From assembly GCF_009834535.1 (NCBI RefSeq), contig NC_045696.1, positions 40,488,001 through 40,552,000 on the forward strand: a DNA stretch of 64,000 nucleotides, in the 5' to 3' direction. This document shows positions 51,041-64,000 of this stretch, piece after piece. Within the stretch, counting starts at the first letter, position 1. The number at the start of each line of letters is the position of its first letter. The position numbers and the translations under genes were made by a program. The notes beneath the pieces were generated by a model. It saw only the letters and a program-made list of their open reading frames with translations. It was not told the DNA's origin and searched no databases. The stretch is from Camelus ferus. Lineage: Eukaryota.

Positions 51041-52607
51041 TATTGCCAGATAGTAAGTAGTCCATTGCATGGTTATACCACAACTTTGTTTATCCATTCA
51101 TCACTTGATAGGCATTTGATTTGTTTCTACTTTGGCTATTTTGAATAATGTTGCTATGAACATTCATGTGTAAGTTAAGGAAGATGTACGTCTTCCTTTC
51201 TCTTGGATGTATACCTAGGAGTGGAGTTGCTAGGAGTGTCATGTGGTAACTTTATGGTTAATTGTTTGAAGAACTGACAGACTACTTCCCAGAGTAGCTG
51301 CATCATTTTACATTCCATTAGCAGTGTATGAGGGTTCCAATTTCCCTGCATCCTCACCAACACTAGTTATGATCTGTCTTTTTTATTATAGTCATCCTAG
51401 TGGGTGTGCAGTAATATCTTGTAGTTTTGATTTATATTCTCCTGATGGCTAATAATACTGAGCATCTTTTCATGAGCTTATTGTCCATTTGTATATGTTC
51501 TCTGGAGAACTGTTATATAAAGCCTTTGCCAATTTTTTAATTTGACTTGTCTTTTTTATTGTTGATTTTTAAGAGATTTTTATTCTGGATACAAGCCCCT
51601 TATCAGATATAGGATTTGCAGATATTTTCATTCATTCTGTGGGATGACTTTTTACTTCCTTGATGATGTCCTTTGAAAATCAAACATTTTTAATTTTGAT
51701 ATTGTTTGTCTAGTTTATTTGCTTGTTTTTTGTTACTTTTGCTTTTGGTGTCATATCTAATCAATGTCACGAAGATTTATGCCAATGTTTTCTTCTAAGA
51801 GTTTTGTCATTTTAGGCCTTATATTTAGGTCTTTGATCCATTTTGAGTTAAATATTGTATCGTGAGATATAGGATCCAACGTTATTCTTTTGCTTGTGAA
51901 TATCCTGTTGTCCTAGCACTACTTGTTGAAAAGACTGTTCTTTCCCACATTGAATTGTCTTGGCACACTTGTTGAAAATCAGTGGACCAGCAACATGACA
52001 GTTTATTTCTGGACTCTTAATTCTATTCTGTTGATCTATTTCTGTGTTGTATCCTTTTGCCAGTACCACACTGTCTTGATTATTGTAGCTTTGTAGCAAA
52101 TTTTGAAACTGGGAAGTATCAAACATCCATTTTTGTCCTACTTTTTCAAGACTGTTTTGACTGTTCTGGGCCACATAAATTTCCGTCTGAATTATAATCA
52201 GCATATCAACTTCTGCAAAGAAGTCATCTGGGATTTTAATAAGGATTGTGTTGGATCTCTAGATCAATTTGGGGGTATCACCAGCTTAACAGTATTAAGT
52301 CTTTTGATTCATGAGCATGAGATGTCTTGCCATTTATTTAGGCCTTCTTTAATTTCTGTCAACAATGTTTTGTAGTTTTCAGAATATTAATCTTACACTT
52401 TTTTTTTGCTTTTAATTTATTCCCAAATGTTTTATTTCTTTTTGATGCTATTGTAAATGGAATTATTTTCTTGATTTAATTTTTGGTTTGCTCATTGCTA
52501 CTGTATAGAGATAGAGTTGATGTTTTTATACATTGATTATTTTATATCCTGCAATCTTGCTGAGTTATTAATTCTAGAAGGTTTTTTCGTGAATTCCTTA
52601 GGATTTA
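51041..52607 (-). mobile_element. L1MB-type ORF2 3' half, antisense, decayed
   Basis: ORF 51848-52204 contains EIDQQNRIKSPEIN...GPLIFNKCAKTIQCGK (L1 ORF2). Typical antisense L1 text such as ccattagcagtgtatgagggttccaattt. Confidence 0.92.
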
Positions 52608-53939
52608 ATTATTACTACTATTATCATTGTATTAGTTTAACTTTCAAAATAAAAATGTTCTGAGATTGTACATCTTTTCTAAAAGGCAAAGCATTGGTTT
52701 TATTTTATTTTGTAGGATGGTATGTTAGCTATTTTATCTGTGCCTAGATCTCAGTTTTTATGATGGATCGATGTGCTACTTTATCGTCTATCTTTATTTT
52801 GTGTTTTGAAGAGAAACTTTATTTCACCTACAAGCTACATTAGCATATGTTAAAACTATTATCTGTTGAGATTTATAGTCTTATTGTAAAACTTACAGTA
52901 ATTTAGAAAAGAAAAAAATTCTGTCATTTTCTCTGAAAGAAGAAGGTGACCATAGATGTTAATGACTCACAGGTTCATAATAGTTTTACCTTTTATTTTG
53001 CTTTATTTCTAATTCCCCAGAAAATTTCTAGGGACATTTTGAAGTTCATGAACCATGTCGTGTTTCCTGCAATGGCAGTGCCCTGTCCAAAAAACAGCTT
53101 CCCTTATATTCGGGAGAGCCTAAAGAAAGTGTATGTGGGCTTTGCTTTTGGAATTCTGTTACCTTTGATTCTTCTGGGGTCACTTTGTTATCTTCATCAG
53201 GTGACTACAGCAGACATTTCATTTGAACTGCAGGAGCTGCTGCTCTTGGATCAAATCCCTGCTTCTGTTGACTTTACAGCCCTGTCCTGCTAGGAGATCT
53301 GAAGACCTCTGGGGAAGGTACTAACAAGTATGTAGGTGGGGTCTGTGGACCTGACTCTAGAAGTGTTATCTCAGTGCTATTCCCTTCCCCCCATCCCCAC
53401 TAGTCTTCTGTGTTGTCTTTAGGGTCCTACATAAAGGATTCTTTTCTTGTGGGTTTTAGTTCCTTATTGTACAGAAAAACAAAAAAAAAAACACAAAAGT
53501 TGTGATGTAATGAGTAATCTGTGTCTGAGAGAAAGTTGGAATTAAGATGCATCTGAAGTTATTGAGAGTCAATTTTCTGAACAATATTTAATAGCAAAAG
53601 AAAAGAAAGAGAAGAAAAAGAGAATAGGATCTAAAGCCCATACATGGGGCCTGGCCAAATGAATTGCATCCATAAAATGAGATAATATGCAGCTACCTTT
53701 TTTTTTTTTTTTTAAGATAGGAGGAGTACAGTATGATTTCCTTTATGAATTGCTGGTATATACATACAGTACTTTTTTAGAAATACACACAGAAAATTAT
53801 TAACTATGGGTTACCTTGGGAGAGCAGGAAGTGAGGTGAAGTGAGAGGAAGGTGTTAATTTTCATTTTATACTTTTCATTTAAATTTTCTAACTATTTTC
53901 ATGTGTTATTATTTGTTCACTTAATTGTTTTTTATTTAT

Positions 53940-55020
53940 TTTAAACACTTATGTAAAAGTAGAGATCACAGTATAATGATATATAAGTATATGTGTCCCT
54001 TATGCAGCTTCAATAATTATCAACTCTTAGCCAGTCTTGTTTTTTCTGTACCACCCTACTGAAGAGTAGCAGAATATACCACCCCAAAATATGTCTCTTT
54101 AGCATAAGGGTTATTTTCAGCTGATTATTTTGATTAAAAGCTGGTGCAGAAGAGTTCTGAAAACAAGAAATTTTTGAAAGGGAAATTTACATTTATGAAG
54201 GAAACTCTATTTGTAAAGGTGTGTCTCTCTCAGTACCAGAAGGATGACTAAATCATAAGAGAATCTTACCAGCTGAGAAGGCACCAACTTAAATCTGCAT
54301 ATCAACTTTACCCTTGCTTTTTCTGGTAACTTCCTATAACTGGCTGTCCCCTTCCTCACTCCCTACCGCCTTTCTCTCTTTTGTCTTTAGCTGAAGACGG
54401 TATTTAAGGTCCTGGTTTATGTCATGTCATAGAGTTACTCACTTTCTCTGGGTGTCTCCCATGTATACATGAGGTGTACATGTTGATAAACTTCTGTTAG
54501 GTTTTCTCTTCTTAACCTGTCTTTTATTACAAGGAGCCTCAGCCAAGAACTCAGAATGATACAGGGAAAACTATTTTTCCTTTCCATACTATTTTCCCCA
54601 GTCCAGATTATTTTGAAGCAAATTCCAAGCATCCTATTGTTTCATTTTGGAATTTTTTCAGAATATGTCTAAAAGATAAGGTTTCTTTTTAAATACACAT
54701 CACAGTACCATTAGCATGTCTAAATACTAGTAATAATTCTTCCATATGGTGAAATACCCCAGTGTTCAAATTTCCCTGATAATCATTATTATCTGTTGTC
54801 TCTCTTTCTCTCTCATAATGTCTTCAAATCAAGATTCAAGTAAGATCATGCTTTGCACTTTATAGAAATGTCTACATTTCTTTTAACTTATAAATTTCCC
54901 TCTGTATTTTCCCCCTGCACATTATTTGTTAATGAAACCAGGTTGTTTGTTGTACAGAATTCTCATAATATTTGTTTTGCCTATATACCTGTGTTGTCAT
55001 TTTACTGTTTTTTGTTTTAT
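53940..55020 (-). mobile_element. L1MC4/5-type 3' UTR, split by an LTR insertion
   Basis: cagcttcaataattatcaactcttagccagtcttgttt resumes after the LTR with gattattttgaagcaaattccaagcatc...tctaaaagataagg. Confidence 0.75.
54060..54588 (+). mobile_element. MER34-family ERV1 solo LTR
   Basis: Starts tg...cagaatataccaccccaaaatatgtctctttagcataagg; TATA-like gtatttaag; ends ctcagccaagaactcagaa...gggaaaactatttttcct. Flanks ctac/ctat are consistent with a 4-bp TSD. Confidence 0.85.
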
Positions 55021-55239
55021 GTGCGTGTATTGAACTTGAAGAAATTTAACATCTTTATATTAATTCAACAGTGTAGAAAAGGTAGAAGTTTATATCTATA
55101 GGCCAGTATAAAAACGTTTAGAAGCACAAAGAATAACATGTTTCTATTCTTGCCATCAAAGAGCTGGGACCTTTGTGGAGAGTCCCTATAGCTGTTACTA
55201 CCAGTTATAGTGCTAATGTTAATGACTGTGTTTGGCGAG

Positions 55240-55385
55240 AGTAATACATTTATTTATTCTATAAATATCCATTGGGCGCTCTCTTCAAGGGGCTAGGGAT
55301 ACAGATAAACAAAACAAGATGTCTCTGCTCTCAAGGAGCTTACACACAAGTGGGAAAGAGAAGGCAGACAAAAAGCCATAATAAA
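55240..55385 (-). mobile_element. L2 3' end fragment
   Basis: catttatttattctataaatatccattgggcgc...ggggctagggatacag...tctgctctcaaggagcttac. Confidence 0.75.
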
Positions 55386-55753
55386 CAGGCTTCTCCACCT
55401 CACTTCACTGTACTTCCTAGTATTGGTGCCCAGTGCTTATCCTTCTGATTTGGTACACATCTTCTGTTATAAGATTCCAGAGAACATTGGTCTTCTTTCC
55501 TTACCATACATATCCTGTTCTCCAGAGCTGGACTCCTGAAGTCTGGCTTTTTCATATCTGGATCAATTGTGTCATAGGGCCTATTTCTTATTTATTGGTG
55601 GTATCTAAGTAATTATTTAGAAAGCTGACTAGGTGGGCTTGAGCTTTGCAAGTTTTTAAGGTCTCCACCATTCCCTGTTCTGTACATCCAGCCTGTTCCT
55701 TTCATTTACCCTGCCCTGCTGGCCCCTAAAGGTATTGGAGGTTGCAACCCCCT
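55386..55753. mobile_element. MER102-like hAT-Charlie element
   Basis: Ends tcatttaccctgccctgctggcccctaaaggtattggaggttgcaacccc; begins caggcttctccacctcacttcactg. Confidence 0.6.
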
Positions 55754-57789
55754 CCTCCACCATACCCTTTTATGTTTCAGGTATATTTTAAATGAAAATA
55801 ATTGTTAATGAATACAGCATCTGTGAGCTAGTTTGAATTGGCTATCATTTAATGAAAGCAGAATTCGAACATTGTTTCTGAAACATTTTGGAATGTGGGT
55901 TCATCTGAATTTTCTAATTGTACATTTGTACTTTTTTTCTCTCCCCCCGATCCCCACCTTTGTATGGTATATCTGAAATCCAGAGAAACTAACAGGTTTC
56001 TTTGCATGATTTGGTGGGTTGTGAGCACTCAGCCATGGTACAAGAAAAGTTCATTTTGAAGCCACAAACCTCTTTGGATTCCTGATGTTTCATTCTGGAA
56101 CTGGAAATGGGGACTGAGTGACTGCCTCACATATTTCCCTAACACAATAAAATCAATGAGAAAAAAATAGAGGCCTATTCAGAGGAGATAGGAAGGCATA
56201 TTTCAAGATGAAACACTTCCAGTCTAGAGGAGCCTTAAGTTCCTGCTATCCAGAGGTTTTTCAAGATAGAAAGTTTTATCTGATCTGCTCTGCTTTGTTA
56301 TTATTGGGGCATGCCTCACTTAGATTTCAGCACAGGTGAAAATTCAGGAGTGATTTTTTTCCCCTTCCAACATTTTTGTTATTTTGTGTCTCTTACTTTG
56401 TTTATTGATAAAAATCTTAGCCTTCAAAGGAATGATGAGAATAAGCCACTGAATTCTTCTGCGTGAAGAAGCTGCGAAAGTTTTCCCCCTACGTCTCTAC
56501 AAATAAACATATTAAAAAATACCATTCATTTAATCTAAATGCTGTCCTAATGCCTTAATGCTATTATGTTTGAATGTATGGCTATAGAATAGCTGGAGTG
56601 TTTTTGAGTAGATTATTAGCTAGAGTTTTGATTAATCAACAAATCTGTTTAGAGTGGGAAGTAATTTGACATAAAGCAAATGAAATATGTGCCCCACAGA
56701 GAAATGTTCTTAATTGCCAGTTATATTTGGTCCTCACTATTGGTACTACTGGTAAATATTGGATTTTAAAACCTCTCTAATACCTTTGAAGGAAATGTTT
56801 ACTAAACAGTGTTGTGACAGCCACATGTGATTCTCTTTTTTTCCACATTTTTCCTTTACATATATCTATCCCAGTGTTTGTTATGGCATGAAATGCTTTG
56901 AATGTCATATTTACTCAGAACAAAAAATGCATGATGTAAAGTGACAACTATGAGTTTGAAAGTACTTATTTTGAAGAGAACACGTACTCAGCCTCATAAA
57001 TCCTGCAAATATGTTTCAACATCTTCTGAAGATGTAAACTACCTGTTTAGCAGGCATCTGAAATATTTCATGCTGTCATTGAGAAATACATGGGAAAATG
57101 CTATGGGCACAAATGTAGTGTGCATGATTAATAGGGAGGATATGTGAGGAAATGAGAGTTGGCAAGTAGAAGCTAATTTAAATAGGAGAAATTGGTGTGG
57201 AAATCTCATGTACATCTAAACAATGAAGTTATTTAAGGGGGAATGTGACAAAGTGAACTCTGGTTTTCTCAGTGTTAAACAATTCAAACTTACCAGGACT
57301 ATGTAAGGCCAGTACGATAAGCATTATGAACAATTTCCGAATTCGTCATGTGGTGGGAAAGGCGAGCCAGGATCCTGAATTTGGACTCTACAGCTTGTAT
57401 GGGATTGTACAGAGCAGGGAGATTTTAGACCTTTTAGAGAAAGAGTAACAGAAGCAGTGTTTTGAAAGACCAGTGATGGTAAGCCATCAAAACCTGAATT
57501 TGATGGGGAAAAGGAAATATACTGAAATTATATTAACAATGGAAAAATATACTTTCAAGAAAATATTATGTTTAAGTATCTTTTTGATGATATGTTAGAG
57601 TTGTTTTGTTTTTTAGAAGTAATACATCTCTAAAATTAAAGCCCAAGGCAATGGGAAAATCTGATTCATGTTACTAACATTCATTTTACATACTTTTTAA
57701 CATCATATCATGCTTTAAATAAGGTCACATTCAAGATTAGTCCCGGGCAAAGTTATAAAGTAAGAAATGGGTCCTCTCCTTTGTTGCTA

Positions 57790-58150
57790 ATGGTAGTATA
57801 GTCTATTAATAGAACATAATTTAGCTACAGTTTTCAAAACCCTTTAAAGTTTTATAACTTTTGACCCAGCAATTTCACATCTAAGAATTTATTCTAAGGC
57901 AACAATCAGGAAGGTGTAAAAAGTGACTGGAGTATTCATCATGGTGTTCTTTATGAATGAGAAAAAGTGGAAGGAATCTAAACACCCACAAAAGGGAATC
58001 TGTTAAATAAATTACATCTATATGATACAGTAGTATTCACGGACTTAAAAATTATGGTGTAGAGGAGTAGTTGGTGATTTAGGAAAATGTTCATGATGTT
58101 TTTTGTTAGTGAAAAAATAGGATATAAAAACTGTGTGAAGTATGAATTGA
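57790..58150 (+). mobile_element. Ancient L1 (L1ME-type) 3' fragment
   Basis: ttttgacccagcaatttcacatctaagaatttattctaagg...ggaaaatgttcatgat. Confidence 0.7.
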
Positions 58151-59169
58151 GAGGGTTGTTTTTAGCTTTTTTTGTAATTAATGTTTCTGATTTTTTTTTT
58201 TAACTTTAAAATCCCATTTTTTGGGGTCATTCTCTCCTTTAGTGCCTTGATAAAGGTCCCATCCTCTTTTATAGTTGTTCTCTTTAGGATGGTCCCAAAG
58301 CTCTCAAGCTTATTCAGCTTCTCCTATCAAAATTGACTCATTTTATATTATATTCTCCAAAACTGAGCTAAGTAAAGAGAACTAATCCGAAGCTAATTTA
58401 TGAGAAGATATTGATGGGAAAATAATAAATTAAGATGTAACATTTTCCTACATTTCAGTCATTTATTCAACAAATATTTATTATGCTTCTCCATGCTCTT
58501 GGCCCTCAAAAGGAATTATGAACAACAACAAAAATAATAAAAGTAAATCCACTTACCTTATTATGGGAATATTTGATTTTTTTTTTTACAATCAATTTAG
58601 GCAAGAAGATATGATTAGTTTGGGGATCTTGTGGCAGTGGCAGGCCCAAGGAGCAGTGGAGTCTTTTGGTGCACTTAAAAACCATCATTATGGGTGAGTC
58701 TCAATTTTGAGTATGTGGTATGCTGTCCTCTTCATAGTATCATTGCGTTTTCATTTTTGTTTATCTAAAAGGAATGATTTCTAAAAGGGGGAAATAGGTC
58801 TCCATGGTTTAGGAAAAAAAGTTATTGAGTATTAGTTACTCTAGTGTCTAGCTTGGTGTTACAGTGTTAGATCATTAGGACATTCAGCAAAACCCCTACT
58901 CTGAAAGAAATAAGCTACAACCAGGAGTATACAACAGTCCTTCATTTGTGCTTCCTCTGTATTCTCAGTTGTCATCACACCTGTAACACAACATTGCACT
59001 TGTTTTTGAGTCTATGTTCCCCACACTGAGGGGTATGCCCCTTGAAAGCTCTCATTCATCATCACATCCTTAGCACCCAGCATAGGGTCCAATTAAATGC
59101 CTTCTAAGCAATTCATAAAATGCCCAGTGGTGTGGCACAGAGTATGCAAATGAACTACTTTGAAGAAAG

Positions 59170-59400
59170 ATGCTAATGCTTACTGAGTGTCAGATACCAT
59201 GCTTAGCACTTTCTATGCTTTATATAATTTAGTAATTGAGAGAACCTGTGAGATCCATATCATTTTTTTTAACAGATGGTGAAACTGAGGCTTATAGAAA
59301 TTAAGTACTTTATTCAAGGTCATATAGCTAGTGGGACCAGATGAAAAGGTGGGACCATGGTTCAAACACTTGTTCTAACTCCAGAGTCTATGCTTTTTAG
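59170..59400 (-). mobile_element. MIR SINE
   Basis: ttaacagatggtgaaactgaggcttatagaaattaagtactttattcaaggtcatatagctagt. Confidence 0.85.
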
Positions 59401-61619
59401 CTTTGATACCCTGTGCCCTTCCAATGAAGGGCTTTCTGTGCAGTGATATTTACTCATCACTTGTGCCAGGCATCTCTCATTCTCATGGCTGGCCAAAGCT
59501 GTTTGGCTTCTTCTTCTAATGAGGGAATAATATACTTGCCAGGAAAGTTTACCTGCAAGCTACAAATCCAGGATACAGCTTAATTCTAATGTTCCACCTT
59601 GATTTCCATTTATGAGGCAAAATTTTCCATTTTGATATGGTTTAATGACTCTTCTTCCTTTTTATATTTTATAGTCAGATGGAACAAAAGTTTGAGGTTG
59701 CCTTTCCACATTCAATGGTCTTTGGCGTCCTGTTTTATAGGGCTGTTAAGCTAGTAGCTATGAGCCAGTTAGGTTTATTTATTCAGTGCTAACTGTATGT
59801 CCTTCATTCTCCTACTGCTATGCTGGCTGTTGAATGATTACAGTCCTTAATATTCTTTTTGCCTGACCTTTCATAATGTTGGAATAGCGGTTGTCAGTAC
59901 CACAGAATGAGCACCTGAGTCCTCTCTGCATTTCATTTATAGATTATTTTATAAAGGGTCTTGTATTTTCCGTTGTATTGTAATTATGTCTTAAATTTCT
60001 TTGGACGTCCCACAATACCAAGCATGAGGTGTGAGCGGTTAGTAATGATTCTAGGGAGAATAGCACCAAACATGTTATCAGGAGAGCTAGCTTCTTCTGA
60101 TCTGTCTCTACTTCTGTTTAGCAGCAAGATTCTGGGATTTCTTAGCTGAAATTTGATGAGCTTCACTTTTCTCGATTCAAAAATTAGATCGGTCTAGATT
60201 GCCAGGACTTCTCTAGTTTAAAATGGGGATTCAAAGATCTGTCATTTTTTAATAACTATCTGATAGATTAAATCATTGGCAGAATCAGGAATAGAAAGGA
60301 TGTAAATTGACCTGGACGTGCAAAGATGACATTAAGTTCAGTTTGGAATATGTGACATTCAAGAAGCAGCAGAGTATACCTAAATCTAGATATCCTTTAA
60401 GAATGGAAATACAGACTTGAACTTGAAGTTGGTGGTTGAGGTGCTGTTATTCTCACTGACCTCTTTTTGATAGTGTGGATTAGAATCATAGGCTTGAAGT
60501 AGAAGTTACTTATTCATAAGAATCACATAATCACAGATTTTTAGATCTGAAAGAAACATACAAATAATATAGCCTATCCCAGTTGTTTAAAGATTGGAGA
60601 AATGGAATTGGCCTAGAGTTGCACACTAGCTGTAGACCAGAGTCCCCTGTCTCCACGTTCCCGGCTCATCCTTCACTGTGCTTGTTAGGTTTCCTTCTAG
60701 ACTGCTTTTTAACATTTGTAGTATTCTTTTGTGAGGAATAAATTCAGTAATCATTATACATCCAAATACACACCCAAAACTTTTTGTAAAATTTAGCTCA
60801 GCTTTCTCGGAAGGAAAAGCAATCAAATAGCGACATCACTGTATCCGAATTTTGACCTCTATAATTAAATGGCGTTGTATGGAAACCGCTGAATTGTGCA
60901 GTTACAAGGGTATGGTTTTGTGACATCTGTTGAAAGTTAAGTCATGGTGTACAGTCTTAAATGGGTTTTTTTTGGTATCCTCATGAAATAATTAATCTCT
61001 CTGCATCCCTACCCAGATCCTGTATTAGATCTGAGGTATGTGAACACTAGACTGATCACACTGTGATTCTCTATAAAATTATAATATCGAAATATATGTT
61101 TGTGGTGGGTCTCCATTTTGTTCTGACAAAGAACTGGATATCCCTGACAAAGGTCAAATGGAGATCTGGCATCCATTTCACTACTTGCAAGACATAGTCT
61201 TGAGAATATGTAATACATATAACTCCTTGCCAGAAAACTGAAAGGAAATGATTGCATTTGAGTACAATGTATTCTACAACAATAGTTTAGTGTGCATGAA
61301 ACTTAAAACTGCTGGCTTTCCAAATATGATTTTTAAAAAGTAGTCTTAGTTTATTTACTTTTTAAAACACCATGCCCACTGTGTTATGCTTCGTGGGATA
61401 TTCTTAAAAGCTGAGATTTAAGACCGAAGACACTGAAAGTCCTAATGGCAATAGCTGCAAGATAGTGAATTCTCTAGTAAAGTCCTTTAGTTTCATGTGT
61501 TTATTGATCTCTCCTGAATGTTTTATTTTCATGATTATTTCATGTTATTATGTTTTTGTACCAAACTGGACCTTTTTTCCTTGCCCATCATTATCTCATA
61601 GTGCCCTAAAAGCATCAGT

Positions 61620-61797
61620 ATCAGTGGTGTCTGTGTTTTACACACACACAAATGAGCTGAGGTTTTATGTAGCTGAAGACCACACCCCATCTACCTCCTC
61701 TATACCTAGTATCCAGCACAGGACCTGTCATGTAGCAGGCATTTAATTAGTTGCGGGTTTTTATTTTATTTTATTTTTTTGAGTGAATGAATGAATG
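61620..61797 (+). mobile_element. L2 3' tail with (TTTTA)n
   Basis: tatccagcacaggacctgtcatgtagcaggcatttaat...gagtgaatgaatgaat. Confidence 0.6.
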
Positions 61798-64000
61798 GCA
61801 AGCAGCACTAAATAACTAACTAGTTGGTTAAACTAACTAAAAATTAGATAGATTAATACACTCATTCATTTATATATATTTCAAGGGAGTAGCCAAAACC
61901 TCTAGAAAGAAGATTTGATGCTTTTTGAGAGAAGTCTTTGAAAGTAATTCAGTTTGCTCAGTTAGCAGGAGGGTCAACTATAGCTCAGTGTTTCAGTCAC
62001 CTTTTCTGATGCCAATCTAGAGAACAGGACTGTCATAATAGAAAAGGGTTGATGACAGAAATCTTTCCTTTTAAAATTGCTTCAGCCAAAGGGAAAGGTG
62101 GAAACACTTTGTTTTTTACTAAGGACTTAGCTCAAGGTGTGCTCAGGGACCTAAGAGTCCTTTAAAGCCCAAGGACTCTTGAAGATGGGTCCCTGCTCAG
62201 TCTCCTCCACAGACCCCTCTGCCCCCCAAGTCTCTGTTCTGTTCAGTCACGCGTCAAGAAATTAATTCTACCTGTGACTCCTTCCTCACTATGTGGCTTT
62301 TGAGAAACTACCATTTGAACTCCTGCTTTATAAAATCAGAATATCATTGCTAACCTACTTGGCCAAGATGTTATGAAAAGTAATTTAAGGCTTTAAAAAA
62401 AATCCATAGTTGAAGCCACATTTTAATACAGTTGCCATAACGATATTTGTTTCCTACTTTAGTGGCTGTTTCAAAGCCAGAAATGCAGTAATATATATGA
62501 TTAGTATACATGGTTTGTTTTAGTATTCTAAAAAAGAATGCATGGTTTCAAGAAAAGGAAATTTTTTTTTTCTTCCCAGCCTTTTCCCCCATTGAAACTG
62601 AAAAAGAAAAAAAAATTATGCAAGCTTTTTTGAAAGTACAGACAAAATTGGCATTTCACTTATGGGAAAATTTTGCAAAATTGCACAGACTAAAAGTGAT
62701 TTTTGTTTTGGCTTTCCTGTGAAGCCATCCAGAAAGGCCAAAAATTACTGGCATTGCTTTTGTATAAAACCTTTCACATAGACTCCCCTTGTAATTCAGC
62801 CAAATACATAATTCTGGTCATCAGAGACACACATATCCACACATTGGAGCTGGTCAGTGAACAGAAAGTTGTCATGAAATGTGGATATATTATTTTATGG
62901 ACAGACCAAACTGCACAGATTACAGGGAAGGAAATTTTGCATTAACACACTTGGGAACAGAGTTTCCTGAGCTATTCCCTGCCCCCACCCTCCCTCAGTG
63001 GGAAAGCCAATTGTTTACTGATTACGACAAAGACATCACTTGGCAAACATTTTGGCCTTAACTCAATATGTGACATCAGTCTCCTTTAGGGTTTTCCAGA
63101 TAAAACGAATTCTCCAAAGAAAACACAGAAATTGAGCCCTAGTTTGAAATTCGTTATTACACCCTCTAAGATCTCATGAACTATCTCAATCATATATTTC
63201 TTAATTTTTATTTTATTTCCAAGTAGATATTATCTAACACTTATAATACAAGTACTAAACTTTCACAGTATTTTTTCAGAGTTTCAATCAGATAGTTCCT
63301 TATAGCTGTATTCACTCAAATCATTTTTCTGGGGGTTATGATATCTTTCTTTGTTTCTCTGTACTGAGGGTCACTGATTTGGGAGTGACTTACATCACTT
63401 TGTTTGAGGAAGGAAGTAAACGTTATTCTTTGACTCCTTAGAACAAATTAGTTGTGTTTTTGTGAGGGGTGGCTGTGTGCTTAAGGGGAAGTGTTCTCAT
63501 TCAAGTTAGAAGGACCCAGTGGTGGTGTGTATTCTTTCATTTGTGGTCAAAGAATGAGACATGTGAATGGTATTTTACTCTCTTGTGTAAGCACCTCCTT
63601 TGTATATATTTACCTGAAATTATTAGAGTTTCCTCCACTTCCTGCTTTGTTAGGTGGTACTCATTTAATACCTATATGCACATGGCCTTAAAGTCAGTGA
63701 AAGCCAGCTGTGCCTCAGGAGGCCCACAATCTCCCTGTTAAAGGCAAGAAGGGCTAGTGCGCCAACAATGCCAGGCTATGGGAATGGTGATAAAAAGGGG
63801 AAACAAGGGAAGAATTACCTGTGTGTCATGTGAGTAGAGAACAGGTTTACCATTCTAACACCCAAAGAATTCCATCTGGAAGCTTTTCCTGGGCAAACAG
63901 AAATAGGTAAATATTCGCATATCTTCTGGAATGGCTAAACAGGGAATGAGAGTCACTCCAGTCATTTTTTTCCCTATTTTTTGGTAATGGTTTGTTATTC

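Larger units (their letters stand above)
1..64000 (-). other. FILIP1L: Intronic DNA of FILIP1L (large intron containing the internal promoter of the short isoform); no coding exon within the window
   Basis: Inferred from the exon at 17797-~17920. No coiled-coil-like ORF is present, consistent with the coding exons lying outside the window. Not verified by alignment. Confidence 0.65.
1..64000 (+). other. CMSS1: Large first intron of the host gene CMSS1 (antisense to FILIP1L)
   Basis: Established knowledge that human FILIP1L is nested antisense in a CMSS1 intron. Depends entirely on the FILIP1L call and conserved synteny; no CMSS1 exon recognised. Confidence 0.5.

Noticed and set aside
59870..60900. 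Scattered retained CpGs in unique DNA suggesting conserved elements
   Set aside because: Density too low to call by eye; needs a conservation track.
1..64000. CRISPR array, prokaryotic or viral system, tRNA/rRNA/snRNA genes, processed pseudogene
   Set aside because: No repeat-spacer periodicity, long ORFs, recognisable structured-RNA sequence or mRNA-like insert seen. A short or diverged ncRNA could be missed without an Infernal/Rfam search.

Overview
AT-rich mammalian genomic DNA, probably from a camelid. That call is an inference from two young L1 3' tails and from seeing no Alu, B1/B2, Bov-A/tA, PRE-1 or Can-SINE elements. I find no credible protein-coding exon, tRNA/rRNA gene or CRISPR array. 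The ORF track is explained by repeats, microsatellites, GC-rich DNA and chance. The one CpG island (~17.77-18.14 kb) holds a minus-strand non-coding exon ending in CAG|GTAAGC. From memory it resembles the first exon of the short (DOC1) isoform of FILIP1L, which would make the window shared intronic DNA of FILIP1L (-) nested in CMSS1 (+). The island is centred on a palindrome, GCCTTATAAGGC, that is both a CArG box and a TATA-like element on each strand. It is flanked by CRE-like, EGR1 and GC-box motifs and by outward-facing splice donors at similar distances. The rest is ancient repeats (MIR, L2, L3/CR1, L1M, MER20, MER58, MER5, MER102, Charlie1, Tigger, a MER34-type solo LTR) and microsatellites. 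The best leads are the symmetric bidirectional promoter, two tandem ARE/AP-1 pairs, a perfect DR4/NBRE element, a spacerless (AC)18(GT)16 palindrome and a CA-flanked 82-nt candidate poison exon. All gene and repeat names come from recalled consensus sequences, not searches, and repeat boundaries are approximate. I do not see evidence of a wholly new biological system.
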